DNA from: an uncultured virus (IMG/VR IMGVR_UViG_3300017747_003095)
Lineage: Duplodnaviria > Heunggongvirae > Uroviricota > Caudoviricetes
Direction: 5' to 3' (one strand)
Virus record (IMG/VR): IMGVR_UViG_3300017747_003095
DNA: 64,000 bases
Shown here piece by piece: positions 35,850 to 46,500 of the stretch; within the stretch, counting starts at the first letter, position 1, and every line of letters begins with the position of its first letter. The notes under the pieces are model-generated. The model saw only the letters and a list, made by a program, of their open reading frames with translations. It did no database searches and was not told the origin of the DNA. The translations under genes and the position numbers were made by a program.

Positions 35850-36782
35850 ATGGCAAGAGAAACACTAATACTAACACCATACGGTATAAACGGATCAGGA
35901 ATCCGACTATTCCAGTATTCGTACTACGATACTCAGAAAAGAAAACAGTTAAACTTCCTAGTAAACGGGACCATCTACGAAGGTTCTCTAGCGAACGGAA
36001 AAGACCCTGCAGCACACAGGGAAGAGAAGAAGATTTACTTCGATGCCAAGATGCTTAGGTACGTCCTTGATTACGATACTGACGACAAGAGTTCTCAGGA
36101 GTACCAGGAGGCAAAGTTTATCCTTGGGCACCCTAACGTCCAGAAGGTGTACGGAGAGCAGAATCACAACTACACGGGCAAGGTGATGTGGCTAGCTGAA
36201 TTAGTTCAGCAGAAGCTAGAGAACACATATAGCGACATGGTTTTATTCCTAGGCGTTCAGAATGAATTCCTAGCAATGTCGCCAATCGAATGGAGAGAGT
36301 GTGCTTTCCACTTTGGAATTAACCCAACAGGGAAAGGTCCTCATGAAGTAGCAGCGGAACTAGTAGGCCAAAAGACTGGGTTAATCTTAAGGTCTACAGC
36401 AGACGCAGATGACTTCATGAAGTGGAAAGCCTCTCACCATAGCGATGATCCTAAATTTGTTTCCGAGAAGGCAACTGCACTAGGGATCATTCGAAAAGAC
36501 AACGAGGTTTACAAGTTTGATGGAATCCCAATGGGAAGAACCATTGACGAAGTAGCTGCAGCGTTGACTGTTGATAGAACAACCCTTCGTCAGATCGTTA
36601 AAGATATCGAGTCTAGCGACTCAGACCTAGCGGACTACATCGACAAGCTGAACTTATACTTCCCGGACTGGGAAAATAAAGGAAAGGAAGGGCCGATGGA
36701 GCTCTCCTCAGCCGATAAACCTGAGGTCAATAAGATCGCAGCAGCGAAGGCTGCGCAAGGGAGCAAGAAAGTAACAGCATAA
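35850..36782 (+). CDS. Hypothetical morphogenesis protein
   Basis: 310 aa with own promoter (TATCTTTG 35825-35832) and terminator. Confidence 0.65.
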   Translation: MARETLILTPYGINGSGIRLFQYSYYDTQKRKQLNFLVNGTIYEGSLANGKDPAAHREEKKIYFDAKMLRYVLDYDTDDKSSQEYQEAKFILGHPNVQKVYGEQNHNYTGKVMWLAELVQQKLENTYSDMVLFLGVQNEFLAMSPIEWRECAFHFGINPTGKGPHEVAAELVGQKTGLILRSTADADDFMKWKASHHSDDPKFVSEKATALGIIRKDNEVYKFDGIPMGRTIDEVAAALTVDRTTLRQIVKDIESSDSDLADYIDKLNLYFPDWENKGKEGPMELSSADKPEVNKIAAAKAAQGSKKVTA

Positions 36783-36815
36783 AAAAAAGGCCATTCAAAA
36801 CGAATGGCCTTTTTT
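36783..36815. terminator. Bidirectional-type intrinsic terminator
   Basis: AAAAAAGGCCATTC-AAAAC-GAATGGCCTTTTTT. Confidence 0.85.
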
Positions 36816-36843
36816 ATTATATTTGCTTCATAACAGCCTTACA

Positions 36844-36954
36844 ATGAACAAGCCATCTAAATCAGCAACCATCAAGTCTATCAGTCCGAAGTCTGTACTA
36901 GCATTTGCTAAGAAAGGTGCAAACAAGCCTAAGGGCGGCAAGAAGTCCTGCTAA
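36844..36954 (+). CDS. 36-aa basic peptide
   Basis: MNKPSKSATIKSISPK...GGKKSC*; TAATG coupling; promoter TATATTTG 36818-36825. Confidence 0.55.
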   Translation: MNKPSKSATIKSISPKSVLAFAKKGANKPKGGKKSC

Positions 36955-37247
36955 TGGCAACAGACGCAAGAGTTAAATCAGCTCTTAAAAAGGCTGGCGT
37001 CTCGGCTGTAAATAAGCCGAAGCGAACACCTGACCATCCTAAGAAGTCACATGTTGTCGTGGCTAAGGAAGGTGATAAGGTGAAACTCGTCCGTTTTGGC
37101 CAGCAGGGCGTAAAGGGAGCTGGCAAGAACCCTAAGTCTGCAAAAGACAAAGCTCGAAAGAAGAGCTATTATGCTAGGCACAATGCACAAGATGCTAGCC
37201 CTAGTAAACTTTCCGCTAGGTATTGGTCCCACAAAGTCAAGTGGTAG
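36954..37247 (+). CDS. Basic protein, DUF6321-like
   Basis: KSHVVVAK...VRFGQQG...RKKSYYARH...SARYWS..KW. Confidence 0.7.
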   Translation: MATDARVKSALKKAGVSAVNKPKRTPDHPKKSHVVVAKEGDKVKLVRFGQQGVKGAGKNPKSAKDKARKKSYYARHNAQDASPSKLSARYWSHKVKW

Positions 37248-37248
37248 T

Positions 37249-37515
37249 ATGGCACGGAACACTCTAGCCGGAAAAGGCAAAGGCAAGTATAACGAAAAGA
37301 CCGGAAGGGACTATGAATACGATAAAGAGTATCAGTCCACCGAGGAAAGAACGAAGTATAGGACTGCTCTAAACAAAGAAAACCGTAAGAAGAAAACATA
37401 CGGCAACAAGGACGGTAAGGACGTTTCTCATAAGAAGGACGGTAAGCTCACTAGCGAAAAGCAATCTAAGAACCGGGCTAGAAATGGCCATAATGGAAAA
37501 TCAACCAGGAAATAA
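37249..37515 (+). CDS. Small basic protein with HNH-like tail
   Basis: RDYEYDKEYQ...GKDVSHKKDG...SKNRARNG. Confidence 0.65.
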   Translation: MARNTLAGKGKGKYNEKTGRDYEYDKEYQSTEERTKYRTALNKENRKKKTYGNKDGKDVSHKKDGKLTSEKQSKNRARNGHNGKSTRK

Positions 37516-37540
37516 TAATAACCCTTTAAATCTTATAATC

Positions 37541-38011
37541 ATGCCAATTGACGAGAAAAAAGTAGTTCGAACTAGAACTGGACTAGGAGGTAGAAAAATC
37601 ACTGTTGAAAAAGAAAAAACTAGATCGGAAATCCCAAAAGGAGACACGACTATGGGAATGGATTTTAAGAAAAAAACGAGGACTGTAACTAACCCTAGAA
37701 CGGGGGATGTTAAAAAAACTATACGCGAAAAAAGAGTGTCAGAAATGCCAAGCGGAGAAAAGTATAGCAGAAGTCAAAGATTCAAGTCAAAGACATCTGG
37801 AACCGGAGAAGGTACTACAAAGTTAGTTACTAAGACAAAGGGAATGAGGGCTGTGCAAAAAGAAACTATATCTAAACCATTTATGGATTCTAAAAATACA
37901 ATGAAAAATAAAGTAGAATTAGAGCAAAAAAATAGGTATAAATCAAGAGGTAAGACTGTTAGAAGTAGGGCTAGCACATCTTATGACAGAATGAATTACG
38001 GCAATAAATAA
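37541..38011 (+). CDS. Lys/Arg/Thr-rich basic protein
   Basis: Composition. Confidence 0.65.
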   Translation: MPIDEKKVVRTRTGLGGRKITVEKEKTRSEIPKGDTTMGMDFKKKTRTVTNPRTGDVKKTIREKRVSEMPSGEKYSRSQRFKSKTSGTGEGTTKLVTKTKGMRAVQKETISKPFMDSKNTMKNKVELEQKNRYKSRGKTVRSRASTSYDRMNYGNK

Positions 38012-38024
38012 CCGCCAGGAAATA

Positions 38025-38540
38025 ATGGCAAAATTAGACGGTGATAAAAAGTTGCTTCAAGGTAGATACAAGGCCTTCAAAAAATCTCTTCCAGAAAACT
38101 TAGCGAAGGGTAAGGAGAGGGATTATTCTATGAGAAGGAATTGGAGGGAATCTGGAAAGCCTAAAGATTTCAAGGAAGCTGTGTCAAGGGATATGATTAG
38201 TCCTGTTTATCACCCAGAAAAAAATAAGACTATTTATCATGCAGGCTCAACAAGTCCTAAAACTGGTAAAATGTACAAGCCTAAGAAGCATGAAAGTTCC
38301 TATAAAGAACTAGAGGGTGTTAGGAATAGTCCAGAATCAAAGGAGTATAAAGAAAATACAAAACTAGTATCAAGAGGAAGGTATTGGAAATTCAAGGAAA
38401 AGAGTAAAAGAGAAAAGAACAATCCTAAGGTTGCTGAAAGAGTAAATAAAAGGACAGAAAAGAATTACGACAAAGGAATCTCGATGTCTAAAAAAACAGA
38501 GGAGAAGAATAAAGCTAAAAAAGTCACACTTAAGAAATGA
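38025..38540 (+). CDS. Lys-rich basic protein
   Basis: DYSMR...YHAGS...GKMYKPKKHES. Confidence 0.65.
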   Translation: MAKLDGDKKLLQGRYKAFKKSLPENLAKGKERDYSMRRNWRESGKPKDFKEAVSRDMISPVYHPEKNKTIYHAGSTSPKTGKMYKPKKHESSYKELEGVRNSPESKEYKENTKLVSRGRYWKFKEKSKREKNNPKVAERVNKRTEKNYDKGISMSKKTEEKNKAKKVTLKK

Positions 38541-38917
38541 GCTCTGTAGCCGAGAAATCCAATCCTGCCCTTTGGGAGAAAGCTAAAGCGCAAGCTAAAG
38601 CTAAGATGGGTGGCCATTCCGCGAGAGCGATGCAACTAGCTACCAAGATTTACAAAGAGAAAGGCGGCTCATACGAAGGCGCAAAATCACCATCGAATAA
38701 ACTTACGAAGTGGACCAAGCAGAAGTGGAGAACAAAGTCTGGTAAGCCATCTGGAGAGACCGGAGAGAGGTACCTTCCAGAGAAGGCTATTAAGTCATTG
38801 TCGCCATCAGAATACGCAGCAACAACAGCCGCTAAGAGAAAAGGAACTAAGCAAGGAAAGCAGTTTGTGAAGCAGCCGAAAAAAGTCGCTGAGAAAACAA
38901 AGAAATACAGATCATAA
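38537..38917 (+). CDS. Basic protein, DUF5872-like
   Basis: SARAMQLA...YKEKGGSY...KWTKQKW...GERYLPEKA. Confidence 0.75.
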   Translation: MSSVAEKSNPALWEKAKAQAKAKMGGHSARAMQLATKIYKEKGGSYEGAKSPSNKLTKWTKQKWRTKSGKPSGETGERYLPEKAIKSLSPSEYAATTAAKRKGTKQGKQFVKQPKKVAEKTKKYRS

Positions 38918-38918
38918 C

Positions 38919-39389
38919 ATGGCAAAGAAAGCTAAGCAATCAGATAATGGAGGTGGCTCGTATCTCGGCGCAGCAAGCGTAAAAGATGGAAGTAAAGGCG
39001 CCGCAACTAGGGCTGGATCAACTCCTAAAGATCCAGGTAGATTAAAGCGAGACGCACAGCAGAAGAAGGAAGAGATGAAACGGGTAATGGAAGTTAACCG
39101 TAAGAAGCAGCAAAAGGAACCACCAGCAAGCGGCAGGGCAGAACCTTTTGGCGAAGTGCTTGGGAAAGCTATTCTTACAGGAGGAAGAGGCTACGGAGTA
39201 CGGGGTGGGACAGGCTTTTCAAAGGGCAGAACTAAATTCCAAGGGGCTCCAGATAAAGAAGATGGCTCAATTAATCCACCAATCAGGGCAAAAACACCTG
39301 CTAAAATAGATCGTACTTATATCAGGAAGTCTAAGGAAGTAAAGTCGATAAAAAAGGTTGAAAAGGGACCAAAAAAATCAAGATCTTAG
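38919..39389 (+). CDS. Lys/Gly-rich basic protein
   Basis: Composition. Confidence 0.6.
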   Translation: MAKKAKQSDNGGGSYLGAASVKDGSKGAATRAGSTPKDPGRLKRDAQQKKEEMKRVMEVNRKKQQKEPPASGRAEPFGEVLGKAILTGGRGYGVRGGTGFSKGRTKFQGAPDKEDGSINPPIRAKTPAKIDRTYIRKSKEVKSIKKVEKGPKKSRS

Positions 39390-39417
39390 TATAACCACAA
39401 ACAAGAACATAGAAACC

Positions 39418-39861
39418 ATGCAAAAGGACAATATACCCAAAACCCGCAAATCTTTATTTGGGAATAAAGAAATCACTAAATCCAAATACAAGGATCCCAA
39501 AACCAAAGAGGTCATAAAAAGCAGGTCTGTAAAATACAGCGATGGCTCTGAAAAGTCAAGAGTGGTTGAAAAGAAGCCAGGTCTTTTTGCAAAAAAAGTA
39601 ACCACTAGGACATATCGCGGTCCGGGAGTCAAAGAAGATGTAGTTACTGAAAAGAGAACTAGAAAGAAAGGGATTTTGCCAAGAGTAACAACAGTTACCA
39701 CGGATAATCTTATGGAAACAAAGAAGGTTAAGAGAAATCTTCTCTATAAACTTGGAAGTAAAAGAGAGAGAGGAAAATTAAAAAGTGATGTAAGAGGCGA
39801 GGGAGAGCGATTTACACCAAAAAACTGCCTTAAAGGCTGCGCTGCTGGAGTTAAAAATTAA
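39418..39861 (+). CDS. Lys-rich basic protein
   Basis: Composition. Confidence 0.6.
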   Translation: MQKDNIPKTRKSLFGNKEITKSKYKDPKTKEVIKSRSVKYSDGSEKSRVVEKKPGLFAKKVTTRTYRGPGVKEDVVTEKRTRKKGILPRVTTVTTDNLMETKKVKRNLLYKLGSKRERGKLKSDVRGEGERFTPKNCLKGCAAGVKN

Positions 39862-39880
39862 TCACGATAAAAAATCAACC

Positions 39881-40342
39881 ATGAAAAGCATGAAACCTAA
39901 ATCCGTTGCCCCTAAAAAGGTAAAAGACCCTACAGCAAAAACAAAAATGTCTGGGCCTAAAAACCCTAAGCCAAACGATCCATACACAGAGAAGGAGCTT
40001 CAAAGACAAGGCAGAAAAAAAGGCTTTGATATTGGGCTTAAATTTTTTGGAACTACCGTAGGGTTAGGCTTTCCTGCTGTTACTGCGAAGTCAGAAGAGG
40101 CAAAGCTAGATGCAAAAGGAAGTCGTCAATTAAATCGCGCTAACAGAAAAGAAAGTCGCTCCAATAGGCTCTCAAACCGTGCAGAGGAAATGGTTGAAAC
40201 TAGACCGATGAAAGCTAGTAGATTAGAAAATAGATCAGTTAATCTAAAGAAGAAAGCTAGCGAGCTGAGAAGTAAGGGAGAAGCTAATAAGAAAGCAGCA
40301 GAAAAGATTTATAACGCAAAGCAAAACAAGAAGAAATCATGA
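39881..40342 (+). CDS. Lys-rich basic coiled-coil protein
   Basis: Composition. Confidence 0.6.
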   Translation: MKSMKPKSVAPKKVKDPTAKTKMSGPKNPKPNDPYTEKELQRQGRKKGFDIGLKFFGTTVGLGFPAVTAKSEEAKLDAKGSRQLNRANRKESRSNRLSNRAEEMVETRPMKASRLENRSVNLKKKASELRSKGEANKKAAEKIYNAKQNKKKS

Positions 40343-40482
40343 TGAAAAAGCCAATCAAAACCGCAATGCCTAAAGCGGCAGCCGAAAGCAAGAAAGTAAT
40401 GAAGCCACTAGTAGGCAAACTGCCAGCAACAAAGCTTTCTGCTAGCACATCTACCGGAGCCGGAAGAAGAATTGTCAACTAA
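40339..40482 (+). CDS. 47-aa basic peptide
   Basis: MMKKPIKTAMPKAAAESKK...; ATGA coupling. Confidence 0.5.
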   Translation: MMKKPIKTAMPKAAAESKKVMKPLVGKLPATKLSASTSTGAGRRIVN

Positions 40483-40499
40483 TTAATCAATAAGAAATC

Positions 40500-40913
40500 A
40501 TGTCAAACGAAAAGAAAAAACCAGCGGCATTAACTCCCGCAGAAAAAAGAGCGCAAGACCTAAAGGTGAAAGCTCTTGAAGCAAAAGCTAAAGCAGCAAA
40601 ATCCAAGTTTAAATCAAGCAAACTGCGCGATGAAAACACTCCTATGCCGCTTGCAAAAGGTCAGCCTATTGCAAGTGGACAAAGAAAAATGTATAAGGCA
40701 GCTGGAATGTCAGGTAAAGACATAATGAAACAGGAGGCAAGAGAAAATAGAATGACAGAGCGCGATAATCCAGAGATTTACAAAAAAAATAAAACTGCAT
40801 CTGAAAAAAGAGATTCAGTTTTTTTAACAAGCAAACCAATGGATGCCTTAAGAGGAACTCGCAAGATTGAGTACAAAGAAGTTCGTAAATCAAAAATGGG
40901 CAAAAATAAATAA
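40500..40913 (+). CDS. Lys-rich basic protein
   Basis: Composition. Confidence 0.6.
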   Translation: MSNEKKKPAALTPAEKRAQDLKVKALEAKAKAAKSKFKSSKLRDENTPMPLAKGQPIASGQRKMYKAAGMSGKDIMKQEARENRMTERDNPEIYKKNKTASEKRDSVFLTSKPMDALRGTRKIEYKEVRKSKMGKNK

Positions 40914-40915
40914 TC

Positions 40916-41119
40916 ATGTCAAAAGGATCATCAAAAATCAAAAAAGCGATTGATAAGATCGTGAACCAAAGCGCTGATAAGCAAAGTAATGAAGAAGTAA
41001 ATGTACCAACGGTAGAAGCAGCTCCAGAGCAAGCTCCTGAAGTAGTGCAGCCTCTTCCTGACCTAGGTCAAAAGACAATGCCTGGCATTCTAGCGCTACG
41101 CAAAAAGTTCGGTAAGTAA
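40916..41119 (+). CDS. Small hypothetical protein
   Basis: 67-aa ORF. Confidence 0.55.
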   Translation: MSKGSSKIKKAIDKIVNQSADKQSNEEVNVPTVEAAPEQAPEVVQPLPDLGQKTMPGILALRKKFGK

Positions 41120-41146
41120 TCACTAAACCAATAACACATAAGACTT

Positions 41147-41311
41147 ATGAAAAAGCCAGCCGCAAAGAAACCAGCAAAGAAAATGGTTAAGGAAAAAAAG
41201 ACGGGCGAAATGTACGCTTCACCAAAAGCTAAAAAGAAGCACGAAATGAAAGAAGGCCCAAGAGAGCGCATGATGGAATACGGAAGTCCTAAAAGGAGAA
41301 TGGGCATGTAA
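41147..41311 (+). CDS. 54-aa basic peptide
   Basis: MKKPAAKKPAKKMVKEKKTGEMYASPKAKKKHEMKE. Confidence 0.6.
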   Translation: MKKPAAKKPAKKMVKEKKTGEMYASPKAKKKHEMKEGPRERMMEYGSPKRRMGM

Positions 41312-41341
41312 CTGCCTAGTATGCATGCATTCGTTTTACAT

Positions 41342-41363
41342 AGGGCCACTCAAGTGGCTCTTT
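41342..41363 (+). terminator. Intrinsic terminator closing basic-protein operon
   Basis: AGGGCCACT-CA-AGTGGCTCT-TT. Confidence 0.7.
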
Positions 41364-41395
41364 GTATTTGATACTGTTTTTATTACATTTGTACT

Positions 41396-42241
41396 ATGAC
41401 AGGCGTAGAGATAAATCAGGTTTTTTCCCAGCAAATAGGCCAGACTTATTCCGGGATTGAAGATATACCCAAAAAGAATCGAAGATTCAAAAAGGCGCTT
41501 ATCAACGCTATCGAAGAGAAGTACAGAAACCTCAACGAGCAAAGGGAGTTTGACGAAATAAAGAGCGTCATAAAAACAGAGCAAGAATTTACACCTGTCC
41601 AAAACACAATCGATATCTCGGGTAATGACATCCTTCACGTACTAGCAATCAAGGCTAAGTACAAAAAGCCAATACCTGCAATCATAATCAAGAACATCAC
41701 CAACACAACACCGATTGTTGTTGAAACATTTGGTCCTACAAACATCCGTACAGGAGATGTACTTGACATCTCGAACGTAGTAGGTAATATAGCGGCAAAC
41801 GGCGAATACAGAATAACACAAAAGAGTCTTACAAAGTTTACACTAGAGGGCTCTGCCGGGAATGGACAATTTGCCCAATCGACAAACATCACCATCAACA
41901 GAGTTTTCTATAACTACTGTCAATTCCTAAAGAGCGACGAGAAGATCTCCTCATTCAAGGTTGGTACTCCAGATTATCCGCAGTACGAGATCGCCAATGA
42001 AAAGATAAAGCTCTATCCATACGTGCAAGGCGCTATTGAGCCAACCAAGGCAACGATTGATTACATATCAAGAACTCTAGTTACTTTCGATCTAGACAAC
42101 AATGTAATAGACTACTCTACCACATACACAGATAAATTCATTTATCATGTGATCGACATAGCGGCAAAAGACTTTAATCTCACATTCAGAGACTACCCAG
42201 CATCACAAGGTACTGATCAGCAAATGCTAATTAACCCATGA
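41396..42241 (+). CDS. Head-tail adaptor/ring protein with inserted beta domain
   Basis: Position; insert ITNTTPIVV...TGDVLDISNVVG...NG.Y. Confidence 0.55.
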   Translation: MTGVEINQVFSQQIGQTYSGIEDIPKKNRRFKKALINAIEEKYRNLNEQREFDEIKSVIKTEQEFTPVQNTIDISGNDILHVLAIKAKYKKPIPAIIIKNITNTTPIVVETFGPTNIRTGDVLDISNVVGNIAANGEYRITQKSLTKFTLEGSAGNGQFAQSTNITINRVFYNYCQFLKSDEKISSFKVGTPDYPQYEIANEKIKLYPYVQGAIEPTKATIDYISRTLVTFDLDNNVIDYSTTYTDKFIYHVIDIAAKDFNLTFRDYPASQGTDQQMLINP

Positions 42242-42909
42242 CCCGTAAGCAATACATAGACATACTCCAAGCAGAGACCGCAGGTGGTAACATCACCGAC
42301 GAGGTTCGTATGGACTACAGACTAATGGGAGCATTGCTAGACATTGCTAGAGAAAAAGCGATTGTGGCTTACGTTTCTCAGAAAAAAGTAATCCCAGCAA
42401 TGTTGTATCAAACAACATACTTGAGATACAATTCAGATTATCAAGAAAGCAGTTGCGATACGCTATTCCCATTCCCTAGTAAAACAATCCAAACGGACTC
42501 TGCGTTCTCAGGTATTGCTTATATCGGAGGGGAGGACGGAAGGTCTCCATACATCAGATCATCTAGTCAGGTGGACTACGCTAATCAGATGCAGCACTTC
42601 TTAATGAGCGCTGTAGCGACAAAGAATCCGGTTTGTATTTACATACCAGAGTTCAATACATTGAAGATAAACAAGACTCCTGGAGCCCTTCCTAAAAGAA
42701 TTATGGTTACAGGTGTTTTCACATTACCCATGTTGATAACGGAATACAATGAGCAGATTGATGACTATCCTTTGACCATGGAGATCTTTACCATGGCTAA
42801 GGACTATCTGCTACAGGTAGACATCAAACAAGCGCTATCCACATTGCCAGATGAAATAAGCAACGCTTCGGACGATGCATCAGTCGCTGCTAACGCAAAT
42901 AGGAAATGA
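42238..42909 (+). CDS. Tail ring/tubular protein
   Basis: ~220 aa, DDYP..ME motif, coupled in tail operon. Confidence 0.55.
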   Translation: MTRKQYIDILQAETAGGNITDEVRMDYRLMGALLDIAREKAIVAYVSQKKVIPAMLYQTTYLRYNSDYQESSCDTLFPFPSKTIQTDSAFSGIAYIGGEDGRSPYIRSSSQVDYANQMQHFLMSAVATKNPVCIYIPEFNTLKINKTPGALPKRIMVTGVFTLPMLITEYNEQIDDYPLTMEIFTMAKDYLLQVDIKQALSTLPDEISNASDDASVAANANRK

Positions 42910-43592
42910 AAAGAAGCATAGCTACGCCAGTAAGTATTAGATCCGTAATCGCCTCTGCAAAGCAGCAGTTGAGAATTGCTAACACTAGTGAGCATGATCT
43001 TATGCTCTACAGGCTAGCAGACGAAGCCTTAGGCCAAGTCGGGTCGCTTGATACGTTTGTAAAACAGACAGAGTGCTTTGAAATTGAAAACTATATGTTT
43101 GAACTTCCTAATGGATTTGTGAGACCTATCGCGATCCGATTAGAAGGTGAAAACACAATGAACACAGGCGCTACCGTAACGTACTTTAACCAAGAATTCT
43201 TGCGTCAATGCCAGTGTGACGACCCTGAGTTCAGGAACTATTCTGACCTCCAGGCTACCGGGCAGATCGTTAACGGTCATTGGATGTTCAACACAGATAT
43301 CAAGGCAACAAAAGCCGTGATGACATACCTTTCAAGAAACCTTGACGAGGACTGCATGATGATCATGTACGAGCATCAGGAAAGAGCTGTTAGGTCATAC
43401 ATAAGCTGGAACTTCTCTAGGACGTACTATGAATTGTATCCTCCAAACATATCTGAGTCATATCGTCAAGAGTGGATGGCACAGAGGAGATTCTTAATAG
43501 GAGAAGCGTATCAGAGGGATTATCTAAACAATAGAACCCAGATTGGATCTATTTACAGCGCTCTTGTTAATAATCAAAACTTCGCCATCTAA
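42906..43592 (+). CDS. Tail ring/tubular protein
   Basis: FELPNGF...Y.S..LDED..M pattern; precedes muzzle gene. Confidence 0.55.
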   Translation: MKRSIATPVSIRSVIASAKQQLRIANTSEHDLMLYRLADEALGQVGSLDTFVKQTECFEIENYMFELPNGFVRPIAIRLEGENTMNTGATVTYFNQEFLRQCQCDDPEFRNYSDLQATGQIVNGHWMFNTDIKATKAVMTYLSRNLDEDCMMIMYEHQERAVRSYISWNFSRTYYELYPPNISESYRQEWMAQRRFLIGEAYQRDYLNNRTQIGSIYSALVNNQNFAI

Positions 43593-46500
43593 TGCCATCA
43601 GTACAACTACGTAGCTTCGGAGGGTTAAACACAGATAGTCACATCCAGGACATTCGAAACGGGGACTATCCAGACGCCAAGAACATAGACCACGTTTCTA
43701 TTTCTGACGGGCAGTCAATGGCCGTCACTCCTAGACTAGGTAACGAGTATGCGTTTGATTTAGGAGAAGTATTGCCACAGAACAAAGTTTATGTAATCAC
43801 GTTTCCAACGACACTTTCCGGCACTAGGATACTACAGTTCTACGATTCATCAGGAACAGCGCCTTTGCTAGACGGATCACCCAATGGAGTTATCGTTAAT
43901 GGGCCATCTAGTGTAGTGGCTCAGATACAGAATGCATTTAACGCCAATACGAATCCACCGCTATCTGTTATAGTAGAACCGGCTTCGCTGCTTTACCCTA
44001 GCAATACAAATCCTAATGCATTTGCGATCTACGCAGACCCAAATAGCCAGTATCTGCAATACTACGATTTCATACTAAGAAACATTGGAACAGATCCTAT
44101 TGATGTTGTTACAATGGCTGAGGCTATCTCTCCTTCTAGAGCCGGAGAGCTAGAGGTTATTGGAAGCTACGATTTGCTAGGTGATCTTTTCGTGATATCA
44201 TCACCCAAAAGAGAGAAGCCGATAGAGATAAGTATCGTAGCGGCTCAAACATATCTTTCTGGCGTTGTTTATAACCTTGGTGTCATTGGAGATGTTTCAA
44301 TATCAGTATATCAAGAGGTTTTTGTCTCTGGCGTAGAAGGAGCACCATGGGCAAATGGTATATTTATTGTTTCTTCTGTTTTTGTAGACCCTTCCACAGG
44401 AATAGCATTAATAGAAGTTATAAACCCAGTAGCTCCACCAGCAATAGGCGTTTCAGTATTAAATACAGGAACTTTTACTCTTAATCCATACGGACTAGGA
44501 GAGATCGGCGTTGCTGTAAAGGATTTGTCAAAAGATCAGTGGACATACACTAGACTCTTAAGGTCTAAGGAGCTAGGACTAACTATTTACAATCAATGTG
44601 ACGTTCAAGGTGATATTTCATCTGGAGGCAAATCAATTTATTTTGTAGATGGATCGACGCCGAAATTTTTCACATACAATCAAAAAGCTCCATACGTTTT
44701 AGATGGCGCCATAAAGGTTTTGAATCCTGAGTTTGGGACATATTCTTATGGTAACATAGCCGAGCAGACAAGGCAAATCCAGGGCAGGCCTTCGTTCGAT
44801 ATAAACTTTATTGAGCAGCCTCAGTCTGGAGGAAATCTTTACTCTGGAAATCACAGATATTTTGCTAGAGGTGTACTTGCGGATGGTGCTAGAACAGACT
44901 GGTCGCTTCCTTCTAACGAGATTCCTGTATTTGCTTCTAATACAACCCAGGCAGCAGTCAGGATAAAAGGAGATATAGAAGGAACGCAAACCGGAAAGGT
45001 TAACATCATCTCTATCTCAAACATTAACCCTGACCTATATAAATTCATAGAAGTTGCTTGTATCAACTACCTACAAGATGGTATAGATACCACAATTTAT
45101 GGAATATTCGCTAAGGTTTTAACTCAAAGCGGAGTTACTTCGATTCAACTAACCCACACAGGTAGAGAAGAAGGCCAAGATCTGATACCAGACGAGCTGA
45201 GTGTTGAAACGATTATTTACACAACGGCCAAAAACAATGAGATCGTAGATAATAGATATCTGCTTTCAAACCTATCTACTCCACCTCAAGAGGATATAGA
45301 AAAACTGCTATCCCAGGCAAAATACTCTATCAAGAAAAAGGAGATATCCCGAGCCGGTCAGTACCCTGCGTTCACGTTTGGTTCTTACCAAGATCCTGCG
45401 AATGTGTTCTACAATAAAGGATACATGATCAATGAAACATATCGGATCGCTGCTAGGGTAAGATTTGTGAATGGATTTACATCAGACATTTACAAGCTGT
45501 TTGATGTAACCATAAACACCGACGGGCCTAGCTCTAGCCACCCAGGCAGAATCGCAGGACTAGATTCTTATGACCTAAATACGTTTGCTCCATTTCCAGA
45601 CAAAAACCTACTGGTTCCATATATTGAAATCTCTGGAATTGACATACAGAACACGCTTATCCTAGGAGTTCCCGCCTCTACGATTATAGAGAGGGTTGAG
45701 TTCTTTCGCGCAGAGGTTGATACTAAAACAATTCTAGGCTGGGCTTTGTGTGTCCCGCAGGTACAGTGTAAGTTTACGAATGATGGAAACGACTTTAACT
45801 CCACGCCACCATTTTGGTGTGCAAATGCTGGAGTAAACAATGTAGGAATTCGCATGACAAATGTTCTTGCAAACGCCTTGCAACCAGTCCCAGAATCTTC
45901 ATCTGTAGACGGGGTTGCGGTCTTGAGTTACGATTTCCCGTTTATTTCTGGAGTAGAGGCAACTGTTGGTGCAATATCTGCTGAACCAGGGAGTCCGATA
46001 TCATTTCCAACAGAACTAGGAATACCTCTTAATCTACGTTATTACGACGACAGATATACACTTGGAAGCCCAGAAATGCTAGACGAGGCAAATGGATACA
46101 AGTGGAACGATTTGTATTATGGTGCTTATTTCATGGATGATCTAATATCTGGAGCCAATTCTGAAATCAAAGCAAACGACACTGTAATAAACTTTGGACA
46201 ACAAGACTTTGAAGCGCAACAGCTAGACGCTACCGTTGTGCCAAAAAATTTTTACAGGCCATATATGTTTATGCTAACCTCTGACCCAGAGCAAGTTCCG
46301 GTGTCATTTTCAAGGCTAGTTAACCTAGATGAAACCGTTCTTTTTGAGGGCGCTTATGTCACTAAAGCATACGGACTGTTCCCCTCGGCTGCAACTCCAG
46401 CGTTTGCAAATAGACCTGGCTACGTTCTAAAGACAAGCCAAAAGCTAAATTCCTTAACAGGGAATATTGATTTTGGCGCAAGACTCTGCCAAATAAAAAG

